Numbered from the whole stretch's first letter, positions 1 through 12,213 are shown. The stretch is DNA of 63,600 bases, filler included, from 6 parts of 6 records of this genome joined end to end with filler, not necessarily neighbours in it, one strand, 5' to 3'. Translations and numbers: made by a program. Notes: generated by a model not told the origin, from the sequence alone.

Positions 1-1
1 C

Positions 2-136
2 CCCGGAATGGGACAACCGCCGATGCCACCTCCCGGAATGGGACAGCCCCCTCCTCCTCCTCCTCCGGATGTTGACAGGCCCCCTCCCCCTTCAGAACCT
101 GGCCAACAGCGAGTGCGAAAGAATCGGTGGGGCTAA
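2..136 (+). CDS. 3' end of a proline-rich protein (5'-truncated), ending in a ULM-like RVRKNRWG motif; possible splicing-related protein
   Basis: Manual translation from nt 2: PGMGQPPMPPPGMGQPPPPPPPDVDRPPPPSEPGQQRVRKNRWG-TAA(134-136). Not in the ORF track because it has no start. Confidence 0.6.
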   Translation, partial: PGMGQPPMPPPGMGQPPPPPPPDVDRPPPPSEPGQQRVRKNRWG

Positions 137-875
137 TAAGGAGTCTAGACACAGCATGACTAGCTCCGAGGCTTTGCGAGATTGGCAATTTACTTCCCAA
201 TTGGGGATAATAAATCCCTAGAGTTGTCCCCTCCTCGAGTAAATTCTCAATTTGACTTCGTGTTTGGGCGCGGTTTTCGACCCCAAATTAGCTTTAAGAA
301 ACGGTTTGTGTGTTTCGAGGGGTGCGCACTCGACGATCCCGGGCCTCTTACCCAATCCAGTGTCAAGAACACACTCCGCATGACACACCGTGAAAAACTG
401 TGAGATTTGGTAACCAGGGTGCGGAGAACATCAGGAGTCAAAGGATTGTTGTTTTTGCCCGTGACTGCTACTCGTCTGTCGTCGACGTCAGAATGCGAAC
501 CATTAGAAAGGGTGGCATGACTGAACAACAGGAGAGGAGACTCGGCACTCATATCGCACTCCATCACTTTGCCTTCCGCGAGCTGCACTCGGCGGTTTGT
601 CGTCTTCAAGGGCCAGTCGCCTGGCTACCATCGGACACGTGGGATCAGTGCAGTCAAACTGCAGAGTGTTTGAGCGCTGCCTTCCTCCGGTTCTTCCGGC
701 TTTTGCGCTATCTCTCCATTCAGTATCCATGTCCCCTGCCCAACCGGAGGACAAGGCTGGGCCACGAAACAGCCGGCCCGTCAAACCCAGCTCGCCCAAA
801 AGCCCTATTGATATATACTCGGCGGGATCACTTAATAGAGTCTAATCAACTCGGTCTAGTTGGCTTTCCTTTGTG

Positions 876-3327
876 ATGGTTCTCACGAAGAAAGCCAAGG
901 CGGCCGCTAAGGCACCTGCAGCCCCGCCAAAGAAGGGTGCGGCGGCTCCAGAGAAAGGTATTCTGCCCACGTCTCTGTTGTGGATTTACACTAACGGCGT
1001 TGTGATCGACTTCAACAGAAGCTCAGAAAGGCAAAGCTCCTGTAAAGAAGCCCGTTGCCAAGGGAAAGGAAACTCCTGCTGAGAAGTCAGCGTTTGAAAA
1101 GCCTTCTTCTAAGGAAAAGCCTGCCCCCAAGGCGAAGGCTGCTGTGGCTCCTGCTAAGGTCCCAGCGGGCTCCAAGAGAAAGGCTGAGACGCCGGCGGAC
1201 CCCCCCGTAGAGTCTGCTGAGAAAGATGGCGCCGCTGCCAACAGCGCGAAGCGCCGAACCAAGGAACCTGCTCCGAAGGGCTCGCCTACTAAGGCTAAGT
1301 CAGCGGCACCCCGGCCCGAGCCCTCGAAGGCTGTTGCTGGAGTAAAGCGTAAGGCGGAGGGCGTTGAGAGCCCGGCAGAAGGTTCGACGGGCAAGCGCCG
1401 AAACAATGCGGATGAAGGGTCACAGAAGGACGCGGAGAAAAGCAAGGATGGTGATGTCGATTCAGAAAATGAACAAGGAAAGGACAAGGCATCCGCAAAG
1501 CCCAGTGATGATGCCGCGAACTTGTCGGAAGATGATGTTCAGAGAGAGGCAGGATCACCCAGCAAGAAGAATCCCGACACACCCCGTCAGCGGCGCTGGT
1601 GTGCTGTATGCAACGGCAGTCATGATGTGAGCAACTTCACGCGTGATGTGTATATTTGCATCAAAAAGAATTACCCCGATGATCACGAGAAGGTGAAAGA
1701 AGACTACAGAAAGCGTGCCGGCATATTTGCTAAGATGGACATTAAGAAACCACGTGGTGTTACAGCTAAAAAGGGCGAGGGAACGACGGACCTTGCGGTG
1801 AGGCCCGCTTCCACGGATGCCCAAAAGCCGGATGAGCCTGCGGCAGAGGCCGGTGAAGCTGAGAAGCCAGCCGCTCCTGCAAAGAGCGATGCTCCCAAGC
1901 CTGTGAGCGAGCAGCCTCCCCCGGCTGGCCAGAGGAAGTGGTGTGTGCTTTGTGAGGATAGTCACGACGCGGCAAACTTTCACCAAGAGATGATGGCTTG
2001 CATCGAAAAGAAGAATCCTGAAGAGCAGGAGGCCCTCAAGCGCGACTTCATGAAACGGCAGGGCATTTTCCTCCGCATGCGTTATAAGAGGCCAAAGAGC
2101 GGTGTATATGACGATACGTCGAAAGCTATCACCGCTGTGGCGGCGGCTGCAGATGCGGCCAAGGCCGCAGTATCCATGGTTACCGCTGAAGCCACCCCCG
2201 CCAAGGAAGGGACCGAGGGTGGAGAAGCTGCGGATGGAAAGAAAAAGGCGCCTGCTCCCAGGCTCAGGCGCTGGTGTGCTGTTTGTAATGGTAGCCATGA
2301 TGTGAGTAACTTCACTCGCGATATTTATATCTGCATTCGCAAGCATTTTCCCGATACTGTAGACCAGGTCAAGCGGGATTATCGCCAGAGGGCTGGAATT
2401 TTTGCTTCTATGGACATTAAGAAGCCACGTGGGATTACAGCGAAGAAGGGGTATATGGATGAACAGATCTCCGATTCTGAGGCCAACAAGGACCAAGGAT
2501 CCCCCAGCAAAGCTCGTCAGATGAGGTGGTGCCCGGTGTGTAGCGGCAACCATGACGCCGTCAACTTTACCCGGGATGTATATTATTGCATCAAGAAGAA
2601 TCACCCTGACAAGAACGAGGCCATGCGTGCTGATTTTAGGAATAGGATGGGCATCTTTGCCAGGATGGACATCAAGAAAGCCCGTGGATATAATGCTGAT
2701 CCAAAGGTGAATGAAGGTGAAGGTGGTGACGTTCAAATCGATGCCGCCACAAATGGAGATAATGCTGTTGCCGCCGCCGCTGCTGCTGCCGCCGCCGCCG
2801 CCGCTGGACGCGCTGGAGATGCCAGTGATGTTGTTGTAGAGAAGGCCGCGAAGCCCAAGGAACCCAAAGGACAGGACGACAATGCAAAAGCCACGAAGAA
2901 AGGATTCATTGCTGGCCAGAGGCGCTGGTGTGCAGTATGCAATGGTAGCCACGATGTGAGCAACTTCACTCGCGATATCTACATCTGCATCAGGAAGCAT
3001 TATCCAGATGATGTGGACAAGGTCAAGAGCGACTACAGAAACCGCTTGGGTATTTTCGCCAAGATGGACATTAAGAAACCACGTGGAGTGTCGGTGAAGA
3101 AGGTGCTTGATGGTACAGGGCCACCTCCTGAACCATTACCGGTAAACACCACATCTGTTAATGCTGCTGCCGCCACGAGTGCTGCTGCTGCCGCCACGAG
3201 TGCTGCCACTGCCGATCCTGCCGCGAATGCTGCTGCCGCCGCCGCCATCGCCGTTGCTGCAGTGAAGGACATGAAGGAAACGGAGAAGGAAATTGACCCT
3301 CCTGCCCAGGAGCAAACTCAGGCATAG
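876..3327 (+). CDS. ~796-aa Lys/Ala/Pro-rich protein with five ~55-aa C-x2-C-x3-H-x11-C repeats (putative Zn-finger nuclear protein); 2 exons, intron 958-1018
   Basis: ATG 876 (MVLTKKAKAAAK). A GT..CTAAC..CAG intron of 61 nt joins exon 1 in frame to ORF 1144-3327. Repeats RRWCAVCNGSHDVSNFTRDxYICI...GIFAxMDIKKPRG at ~1591, 1933, 2266, 2521, 2920. Confidence 0.85.
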
Positions 3328-3367
3328 TAATAAAAAATTCTCACACTCATCGAAATTGTACGACTAT

Positions 3368-4699
3368 TTAAGAACGACGGGCCTTCTTCTTTTCCGGGCC
3401 GGGTGGTGCCGGCGGGCGCCCCGCCCTTTTGGGGACAAGGGGCTCATCCTTCTTGCCACTGGTACCAGGCGGTGTTGCGGCCGTCAGGAACATCTTCGCG
3501 ATTTGAATTGGCTTCTCGCCAAAACCGGGAATATAGAAAGTCTCCTGCTTCTTGGCCTCGGCCTCCTTCAATTCTTTCAGCAAAGCCTCGGCCGGTTCTT
3601 CCCTACGCAAGAAAGTTGCCAAACGGTGCTGCTCCTGCGGTGTGTTCTGTGCTTCCTTCACAGATTTATATGCGGTCTCGAGTTTCTTGAAGACGCTGTC
3701 GGGCACAGTCTGATCAGGAAGGAGAGAGCCGGATACTTTGACGGTTCTCTGCAGAGACCCCTCGATCTTGGACGGACTATCATAGATACCGCAAGCCTGT
3801 GCCATGCATCAATATATATCCCAACGGGTTTCTCGACTCAAACATACCTCCAGGTACTTCTTGAACATCACGTCATGGCCGGCGGCGTCACAGGCGTGCC
3901 ACATGTTGAAGCAGTCAGGGCTGCAGAAGAAGGGGCAATATGCAACCTTTTGGCACTCCCTCTTCGTGGCCTCATTGGGGATGTTGTCGATGACAGTCTT
4001 CATGTCCTTGTTCAGATCCTCGACCAAGAGCCACTTCTCCAAGTTCACAGGGTACTTAGCAGAGAGCATGCATACAAGGCGGCTCGCAGGCTTAGCGCAA
4101 ACAGTGCAGGGCTTACGGGGATCCACCCTCACGGTCTCCTCCGAGTTCATCTTGAAGCTCACCACTGCAAAGGACGTTAGGGTACAATCAACGTCAACTC
4201 CCTGCACATAGTCCCTACCACTCATGATATCCTCCATAGTATGCTTGGGTCCCTTTTCGTTGAACAAGATCCTTAGGGTGCCGACAGCGCGGGCCTGCAG
4301 CCAGTCCTTGCGCTTCATGAATGGAAGGATGGTCTGTTTTGGCGGGGTGTCGTCATAGGTGGCGGCACCCTCGCCACTAACAGGTTCATTGAGAGCCTTG
4401 CGCAAAACAGTCCTCAGCTTAGAGTCTTTTGCATTAAGGCCAACACCCAACTTCATCTTCTTGGCCTGCCTCTGCAACTGCTGACGGGACCACGTCTCGA
4501 TGGGGCCATCGGGCTTTTCAGCAGCGCCACTCTTGTCAGTTTTGTCCGCCTTGTCCGCCTTGTCCGCTCCTTTCTCAGCGGACTTTTCAATGTCTTTGAT
4601 GGCCTTTTCAACAGCCTTGACTGCCTTCTCGGCATCCTTGACTGCCTTCTCTTCAGCAATGGTTTGCTTCTTCTTCGCAACCACCTTCTGTTGGGCCAT
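3368..4699 (-). CDS. ~426-aa protein with Lys-rich N-terminus, HeH/SAP-like motif and interrupted Cys/His Zn finger; intron 3797-3847
   Basis: ATG 4699 (MAQQKVVAKK). A GTATGT..CAG phase-0 intron fuses ORFs 3809-4735 and 3368-3805 in frame (KKYLE|ACGIYD). Motifs WSRQQLQRQAKKMKLGVGLNAKDSKLRTVL and CTVC..C..(insert)..CQKVAYCPFFCSPDCFNMWH. Confidence 0.75.
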
Positions 4700-4759
4700 G
4701 TTTCTAACGGTGATATTGATACACGAGAGCTGCACATTTTTCTGCGGTGAGTGACTCGC

Positions 4760-5350
4760 CGGGCGACAGAGCGATCATCGTTGGGTTGGGCCGTTCGGAC
4801 GGGTGTCACCACTGCCAGCGGCAGCCGCAGCAGGAGCCCTCTAGTCGCAAAAGCCCGGGCCGGCTCATGACCGTGCGCCGCCGGCCGGACACCCCGGGTG
4901 AAGTTTGAACGATCTCTTCTGCAGGGCGGGAGATCGATTGACTTTTTGCTGTGCACCTGATCATGCGAAGTGTAAGGAGTTGTCGACCCGCCATCCTGAA
5001 AAAAAAAACCGCCCGGTTTTCTATAATCTTTCTCGCGGTTACCTTCTCAGAAGTTAGGTCTTGTGATTCCTCGGCCGCCCCGCCCCGGCGGCTGAATGTG
5101 ACCAGATCGGGCCGGCGGGCGGCCCCCCCGGCCCCTGGTCGGCACGACGCCCGGGCCGGGCCTCGCGGCCTGGCCCCCACAGCCGCGGCCCTGAGAGGCC
5201 CACAGGGGCTAGGCGTCAGCCGAGAAGTGCCCACCGGGCCCGGACTCTCAGGCTTGCTGGCCCACGCCCCAGCGCTCTGACGGCTCGGACCCGCCGCCGG
5301 GGCCCGCGGAGGGAGTACTTACCGCGGCGACCCGGCCTACCCAGCACCCC
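4760..5350. promoter_or_regulatory. GC-rich island / putative bidirectional promoter between divergent genes
   Basis: GGCC/CCGG-rich blocks (~4810-4900, ~5070-5340) around a lower-GC core with an A10 run (~4999); lies between divergent starts 4699 and 5431. Confidence 0.5.
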
Positions 5351-5430
5351 TAGTGGTGATCGCTCGTTGCATGTTCAAGTATCGACTTGAAGCGCGTAAT
5401 CATTCATGAGGTGCTGATACAAAAGTATCA

Positions 5431-6863
5431 ATGACCACTATCGAAGATACTCTTCTCTTCAACACGGGATTAGAAGTCGATTTTGATGAAGTGAGTCTTA
5501 TACTTTTTGCTGAATCACAGTTGTTAACCTGGGGTGCAGGATGCTGGAAGAAGGATTATTGCAGACCGTGCCTTTGCTGCTGGAGAAACTATAATTGTAC
5601 TCGAGCCGTACGCGTGTGTGGTTGTCGAGGAGCGCATTGAGTCTGTGTGCGCCTACTGCTATGGTTTCTCTGATGATTCCGAAATGGTCCTGTGGTTTGG
5701 TGGAAGTTTTCAATTTAATTAACGCGCACTACAGGCCCTCAGTACCTCATGTAGTCTTTGTGGGTATGCATACTATTGCGATGATAATTGCCGTTCGGCC
5801 CACGAGATCAAGCACTCTCGGGAGGTTGGTGCATTTGCGTGCTGATGGTATGCAGCTGACCGGCCTTGTGAAGTGCCCCCTGCTATCAGCCCTACAGAAG
5901 TCGTGTCAGAGCTCTCTCAGCACCTGCACGGAGCGGACTCTGGCGAGGGAGGTCATTGCAATATTATGCCGCCGGCACGCCGAGGTTAACGATAGGGATC
6001 TTCTTACTGAATCTGAGCGGCAATCTCGCGTGAGCTACTCTTGGTACGTGTGCTCGTCTGGATCCGAGTCGCTTAGTTGACGCGTGTATTCAGCGTGCTG
6101 GACCTCGTGTCCCATCATGATATATTTCCTCCACACCGCCTGCAAATGTTCAGTAATATTCAGAGTGTACTGGTGTGCATTGCTAGTATCCGATGTTTTC
6201 CGAAGCGCTGAACCTCTCCTCCAGGGTAAATTGCTTCCACGCACTCACAAGACTATGGACATACCAAATGAGATCGAGGTGGATCAGAACTTGCGGTTTG
6301 TTTCCCATGAGACCGACTGACAGATGCTTCAGGTTCTATTGTGCAAGGAGCACTGCAACGCATTCGCGCTGCACGACCACGCAACAGAAGAGATAGCCGT
6401 TGGGCTATTTCCAAACGGGGGTTTATTTAATCATAGTTGCACCCCGAACATGGCCAAAGTTCGAGGCTCAAAGGGCGACCCGCTCCCACGATTCAGAGCA
6501 ATCCGAGGTAAACCATTGCCGAGCCCATATTTTCGAAATGCCCATGCGTACGTAGATATCGCGGAAGGAGAAGAGCTTACCCTGACATACGTGAATCTTG
6601 ACGATGATCCCACGACCCGCAATGATACTCTGAATGACTCGTGGTTCTTTTGTTGTTCGTGTGAAGCTTGTCAGGATATGGGGTATGTCATTTGTGCAAG
6701 GATGGTTTATAAGCTGACTGGTTGCGTTAGAGTCATGGAAGACTTTGTGGGACAGTACTGCCATGTGTGTCACGTGGACGATGAAGGCACGGTGAACCGG
6801 GGCCTCTATGTGCCACCTTCACCGGGACAATCTGGACCAAGGTGTGTGTGCATGAGTGTGTGA
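5431..6863 (+). CDS. SMYD-type SET-MYND lysine methyltransferase, multi-exon
   Basis: Spliced reading gives GRRIIADRAFAAGETIIVLEP (SET-N), CAYC...CSLCGYAYYCDDNCRSAHEIKH..EC (MYND), GLFP..GLFNHSCTPN, DIAEGEELTLTY and FFCCSCEAC (post-SET). Introns of ~45-60 nt, e.g. 5491-5539, 5687-5734, 5825-5873. Confidence 0.88.
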
Positions 6864-7134
6864 TGACAAGGGATGCGAATTTCCGACATATGAATTCGCA
6901 GAATATGTAACCACTGCAATGCCTCAGAATGAGAAAGCCTTGTATCGTGTGTCCAACATAAGCAGAGCTGATTATCGTCGTATAACAACTGCGTTTACTA
7001 ACGACATGCCATGCCGCGTCTGAAGACACGTGATAGATGGTAAGAGCGGCCAGGCGCCAACATCAACTGCAAGGTCAAGGAGGATCATACACTCCTTGCT
7101 TTCCTGCAAGGTCCTATCGGGTGCAACTCACAAC

Positions 7135-8037
7135 TTAATCCGAAAGAGAAAGATAAAGGTTGCGCAAGTACTCCACAGCAATGAACATTGTCACTGTGTG
7201 ACCACCACAGCGGCCGTAGTATGGCAGGAACCCCTCCCAAAGAGAAAGAGCGCCCTCCTTGGCGGCAATAGACTTGATGGTCTGGACCGTGGTGCGGTAT
7301 GGCATAACCCCATTAGCGTCGGCCTTCTGGAAGGCCATGCGGTTCTTGGCAGTCTCGAACGGCATGGTCACAAGAGAATACAGCAAACCGGCGCTCATCG
7401 ATGCAGCAAACACATTCGACAACTGGCCAGTGATGCCCATGTTCTTATACATTAACTTGAACTGGTCATATGTGGCAACCTGACAAGCTCCCACAAGCAT
7501 AGCACGGTTCACAAAAGGCATGGAGCCTCTCCAGAAAGCGCGGGGTCCTTCCTCAGACGCAATGCGCATACCGGCATCAACCACGCTCTTGTAGTTACGG
7601 CGCTGGGCCTCGGGGAGGGTGCGGTCATTAGACATACGCACCAACGCAACCTCAGCCGGGCAGCTGATGAAGGCAGCGCAGGCACCCGACACCATACCTG
7701 TGGCAAGGCGGGACCAAATATCAGTCTCCCGGTACTGTGCCGCGGCGTCACGGAACACCTCGTAAAGACCGAAGCGAGAGGTGGCATAAAACACCTGCCG
7801 GGTGATGCCGGCACCCAGACCCTGGTACAGAGTCATGACACCCTCGTTCTTGACAACGTTGGCAGTGAACCTGGGGAAGGAGAGCTTGGCGGAGCTGGCC
7901 TCAGCGGTCATGTTATTGAGGTTCATGCGGATAGCCAGGGTATTGAAGGGATGCACACAAATCCACCCGAACACGCCCCCTGCACCTGCAGTGGCAAAAG
8001 TGATACCACGGCTCAACTCTTTCTTCTGTCCGCTCAT
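7135..8037 (-). CDS. Mitochondrial carrier (SLC25), oxoglutarate/dicarboxylate carrier-like, intronless
   Basis: Three carrier repeats with motifs HPFNTLAIRM, CPAEVALVRMSND..LPEAQRRNYK (OGC/DIC signature) and MPFETAKNRM; RQVFYATSRFGLYE. Confidence 0.92.
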   Translation of the reverse strand: MSGQKKELSRGITFATAGAGGVFGWICVHPFNTLAIRMNLNNMTAEASSAKLSFPRFTANVVKNEGVMTLYQGLGAGITRQVFYATSRFGLYEVFRDAAAQYRETDIWSRLATGMVSGACAAFISCPAEVALVRMSNDRTLPEAQRRNYKSVVDAGMRIASEEGPRAFWRGSMPFVNRAMLVGACQVATYDQFKLMYKNMGITGQLSNVFAASMSAGLLYSLVTMPFETAKNRMAFQKADANGVMPYRTTVQTIKSIAAKEGALSLWEGFLPYYGRCGGHTVTMFIAVEYLRNLYLSLSD

Positions 8038-8119
8038 TCTAAATGCTGGGTGTTTTAACTCCTAGCCCTGGTTAATTATTTATGACGGGCCCATGGTCTC
8101 CAGTCAGTGGACTGTCGGC

Positions 8120-9000
8120 ATCACCAATCAGAGTGGAGCAATAAGCACAGTGCGGGTGGGGCCGGCAGTTCGTTTGGATGATAGATGACCACACGAGCTG
8201 GTGCGGGTCTTGCGCGAGTCCGCGTGAGCTGCCGGCCCGGCCGGGGGGCTACAAACTTGTGCCTTCCCCAGATAGTACCGCACACTTGGCGGCTGCCGGC
8301 GGACGGGACGCGAAGGGCCACACGGCGGACCGAATCTTGTGAAAGTGCCTTAACGCCGTTTCGGGGCTCGGCCGGCGGCCGCGGGCCAGGCTCGGCGGCT
8401 GGCGCCCGGGCCGGCCCGGGGTGGCCGGCCAACTGGGGGGCCGCGGGCGCTCCGGGGGCATGATCATCTTGGGCCGGCGCCGCCGGCCCCCGCCGGCGCA
8501 CGGCGCCCGGCCGGCGGCCCGACTCGCGGCTCGGGGGTAGTGACTAAAAATAACAACTGCCGATCTGTTATAGGAAGATTATATGAAATATTTCATTACT
8601 ACGCGATAATCGTTACCTCTTAATTGATGTGTGTCCACGAATCATAACGCTCCTGGCAGTTATTTGGTGGCCGCCCTGAGACTCTTACACTCACGGGCCC
8701 TACTTCCGATAGTGAGTGATGGAGTTGCAGTTACCTTACCAGGACCCGGCACCGCGGTCGGTCATGGAGGCTTGCCGCGGCCCGCCGGGGCGCGGGCCGG
8801 GCCCTGCCGACCCGGACGGGCCCCGCCGGCCGGGCCGGCCCGCCGGGCCCGGTCAGTGGAGGATGGGGTACTAGGCTCGGGGGAGTCCGGTCGTGGCCGG
8901 CGCAAAGGGCCGTGGTTGGTGTGAGTCAGTATCAAAGCCACCAGCCGGAGGGCTGACGGTCAGCTGATTGGCCGGAGAAGTCCATGGCCGACATGTTCGA
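8120..9000. promoter_or_regulatory. GC-rich island / putative bidirectional promoter with AT-rich core and CCAAT boxes
   Basis: GC blocks ~8370-8540 and ~8745-8860 flank an AT-rich core ~8545-8640. CCAATCAG at ~8125, CTGATTGG at ~8964, TGAGTCA at ~8922. Confidence 0.5.
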
Positions 9001-9093
9001 CTGCGCGGACTCGCTCGCTTGGAGGCCAGCGCTGTTGCCGCATGTGATAGGCTCCATTTTCCCACTACTTTCCTCCGCGCATAAATATCGCTG

Positions 9094-12000
9094 ATGCAAG
9101 TTGACCACACCATATTAGTACAGCACGTGAAGGACACATAGCAGGACCGGGACCGCCTTCCCCACTTTCCGCCATGCACCAGAGAATCGCATATCGGTGC
9201 ACAGTGTCACCAAGCGAGGCTCTTGTCCTTGATCTTTCTGATATTGGTGTACCCGTGTCGGAGATTGAGACCGCCCTTCCGGACTTTTCATCCTTGCATG
9301 GCCTCATTCTGTCACAGAACCACCTCTTCTCAACACCGCAGTTTCCTGAAGGCAGCAGGTCTGGTTTCATGGAGCAGCTACCATTCTCGTTTCCTGACTT
9401 CTGGCAATAGGATCCGCAACATGAACTTATCCCACAACAGCATTAGTGAACTAACCTCTCTTTCAAGTTTTCCTATCATCGGGACTCTGAATCTGGGCTG
9501 GAATGACCTGAGCCTTGATTCCCTCGCGGTACCTAGTGATGGTCGCAGTGTTTCACGAGCTAGTTGCTAACTGAGGTGTAGGCATTGCGGCAAACTGTGG
9601 TATTTGACTTGATCCTCAACGACAATGTGAAGCTTGCTCATGTTTGTCCGTATCTGACTTGTTTTCTTCTCCCGGTTCTCGTATTGACATACCTTTTAGC
9701 CCGCCTCGAGGTAATCCGGACATTGCCGTTGCTGTGGACACTAAATGGCCAGTTCATCACCGCTAAGGAAAGGGAGCACGCATTCAGGGTGGCCCACATG
9801 ACTGGAGAGGTGGACAACAATCACACCCAGACCCAGCTTATGAATGGCACCATTCTGACAATATCAGACACCATGGGAGATCACCAGCGCCTACAGGTAC
9901 CAAGGAATAGCCGTGTTGAAGCCAGACTTAATAACTCCCCTCCACCAGGCACTGGCATTGCACTACGATGACACGGTTGCTGCCGTCGGGCTGTTTAACG
10001 ACATGCCGTCGATCAAGCCTTTCTTTACTCCTCTCACTGACCTGAATGACGTAGACACCACAGCAGCACACCCAGCTATACTTATTGATGTTAGTGTGTT
10101 CGAATGATATTCACGCATGCGACTGACAGGTGTGCAGTTGATGGCGAATCTGAGACCCAATAGAAGGTGGGATATGGCAATTCTATTTTCTTCGATTCTC
10201 GAGTTTCCTATACCCTACGTTTTACAAAAGGAGGCAATGCGTCTTCTGGTCAAAAATTCTCTCACAGTAAGTGTGGTTGGTTGCAACACATGGTGGCCTG
10301 GTACATGCTTACGAATATTTTCTGCAGTCGGACGAGATACAGATGGTGGTGGAAATGCCTGAATATGCCAAATTGGCCCTGACAGTACACCTTGCTACGG
10401 CGGTGATAGAAGATCATGCCAAAGAAAAGCTCAAAGATGTGGGCGGGATGCTGTGGGACACGACGGGAAAATTATGGAAGGAGGTCCTCCTCTCGTTTCA
10501 GGCCAATACCGCATACAGGTCAACCATCGCATCATGCCTCCTTTCCCTGTTAACCCGATGTCCCTCCTTTTCGCTTCACATTGATCATCTGAAGTAGGTA
10601 GACTGTGTAATTGCATTTGGACTTTGGCTTACGGTGTGCCCAGGCCCGTGACAGCGTCGGCTGGCGTTAACCCGTCTGATATGATACGGGAAACCTCTCG
10701 AATGCAAAAGTCACGTACACCATTGCCTAACCCTCCACCGTCACCACATGGGATGGCAGGGAGGCAGAGCAGAGAGTCTAGGCCCTCGCCAACACCGCCA
10801 CAGAAGCACATATCTACGAAGCCTGCCCCACACCCACTAGATAGACGGGGTTACAAGCCGCCTGACCGCTCCCCGGTGTTCCAGTTCGACTTCAACACCT
10901 ATGAGCAGGAGCGATCGGAGGCCATGCCTGGTGAAGAGGTGATGATCAAACCAGGGGTGTTTACCGTCATTTTGGACAACATGGGCCAGGGTATCGTGCG
11001 ATTAGGGCCATACCCCGGGTGTGGCGCTGAGAAAAATCTTTTCGTTTTCATGAGAGAGCTACGATGGAGTGAGAAGGGATATTGGGTTAAGATCATGCCA
11101 GGGGCGATGACAGTGGTGAGCCGCACATCTCCCGTGGTGCAACAGACTCCCCATGAGCTGCACATATATGCAGATGTGTCCAAAATGGACGGCGGGTTCG
11201 TCGTTGCTTCACCTCTGAACATCAGGGACGAAAATCTGAAGCAATCACATGCGTCCTTTAGTGACCTTCGCAATGTGCCATATTACCTTACCACTGCAGG
11301 TGAGCGCCCCTTCACGGTCCAGCCTCGTCCCATGGGGGCCGTCAGGTCGAGGGTGGATACTGTGCTCAAGCATCGGATTATGGAAGAGTTGCGCATGGCT
11401 GACCAGCTCCTCAACTCTCACGCGAATGACACGACGAGGTCCCCGTCTCCGCCCAGGGTCAAAACTGCACCTGAACATCGGCAGACGGAAGAGGATGGCA
11501 CCTTTTTGACTGGGCTTGATATTGCTGAAGGAGATGGTGGGGAGAGCCAGCAGGATGTTCCTTCAAACGCGACTGAGTTTGGAGGTCCGGAGTCTACAAA
11601 TTTCACAGGAGAAAAGGAAAACTTTCCTTCCCCTTCCCCGAAACCCGTTGACCAGGAGTTCAGTATAGTGCAGTATGAAGAGAAGTTAGTCCGCCCGAGC
11701 CTACCGCCCCGCAAAGCAGTGCTTTCTCGCTGGTACGATGTGCCCACCGGCAGCAAATTCTCATTTATTGTTCCACAGCCGCAGCAATTCCCGTTCCGAA
11801 AGCAAAGGACCCGGCCGCTGACACGAGCCACATTACCTGGGGGCTGGAAGCAGATGCCATTCCTGGCGGCGCCTATCGACGACGACAACAAGCCGATGGA
11901 CGTCCACCCTGTGCCCAGTGGCCTGACTACTGCACGGAGCAAGAGTTCTAATTTTGGCAGCACGGTTCGTGGCAGCAATCAACCACTTTCAGGCACACCC

Positions 12001-12150
12001 AACACTTCGGCATCGCGAGGAATCAATCCTTCTCGCGGTTTGACTTCGTCCTTCTCGGTGAGGCGAAGCAGTCTCGCGACCAGAGGAGATGGCGGGATAC
12101 GACGGCCCCAGACATCCCATTCTGGTATACATCTTGGCAGCCACATGTAA
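9094..12150 (+). CDS. Leucine-rich-repeat protein (SDS22/U2A'-type LRR + LRRcap) with long low-complexity C-terminus, multi-exon; exon boundaries approximate
   Basis: LRR segments LVLDLSDIGV, LHGLILSQNHL, IRNMNLSHNSISEL, IGTLNLGWNDL and LRRcap RLEVIRTLPLLWTLNGQFITAKERE spread over short exons; last exon is ORF 10624-12150. A single-gene interpretation is not proven. Confidence 0.6.
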
Positions 12151-12213
12151 TCAAGATGTGGACACACCTACTTGTATACAACAGTGACACTGTTTGGCAT
12201 GCTGATCCAATCT

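Noticed and set aside
1-80. CCGGAATGGGACA direct repeat as a CRISPR or regulatory repeat
   Set aside because: Explained by coding PGMGQPP peptide repeats.
182-875. Short ORFs (182-403, 247-609, 400-876, 503-799)
   Set aside because: No recognisable motifs or convincing splice model.
1591-3087. Nucleotide repeats as an array or diversity-generating retroelement template
   Set aside because: They are in-frame protein domain repeats with synonymous divergence; no RT or cas genes are present.
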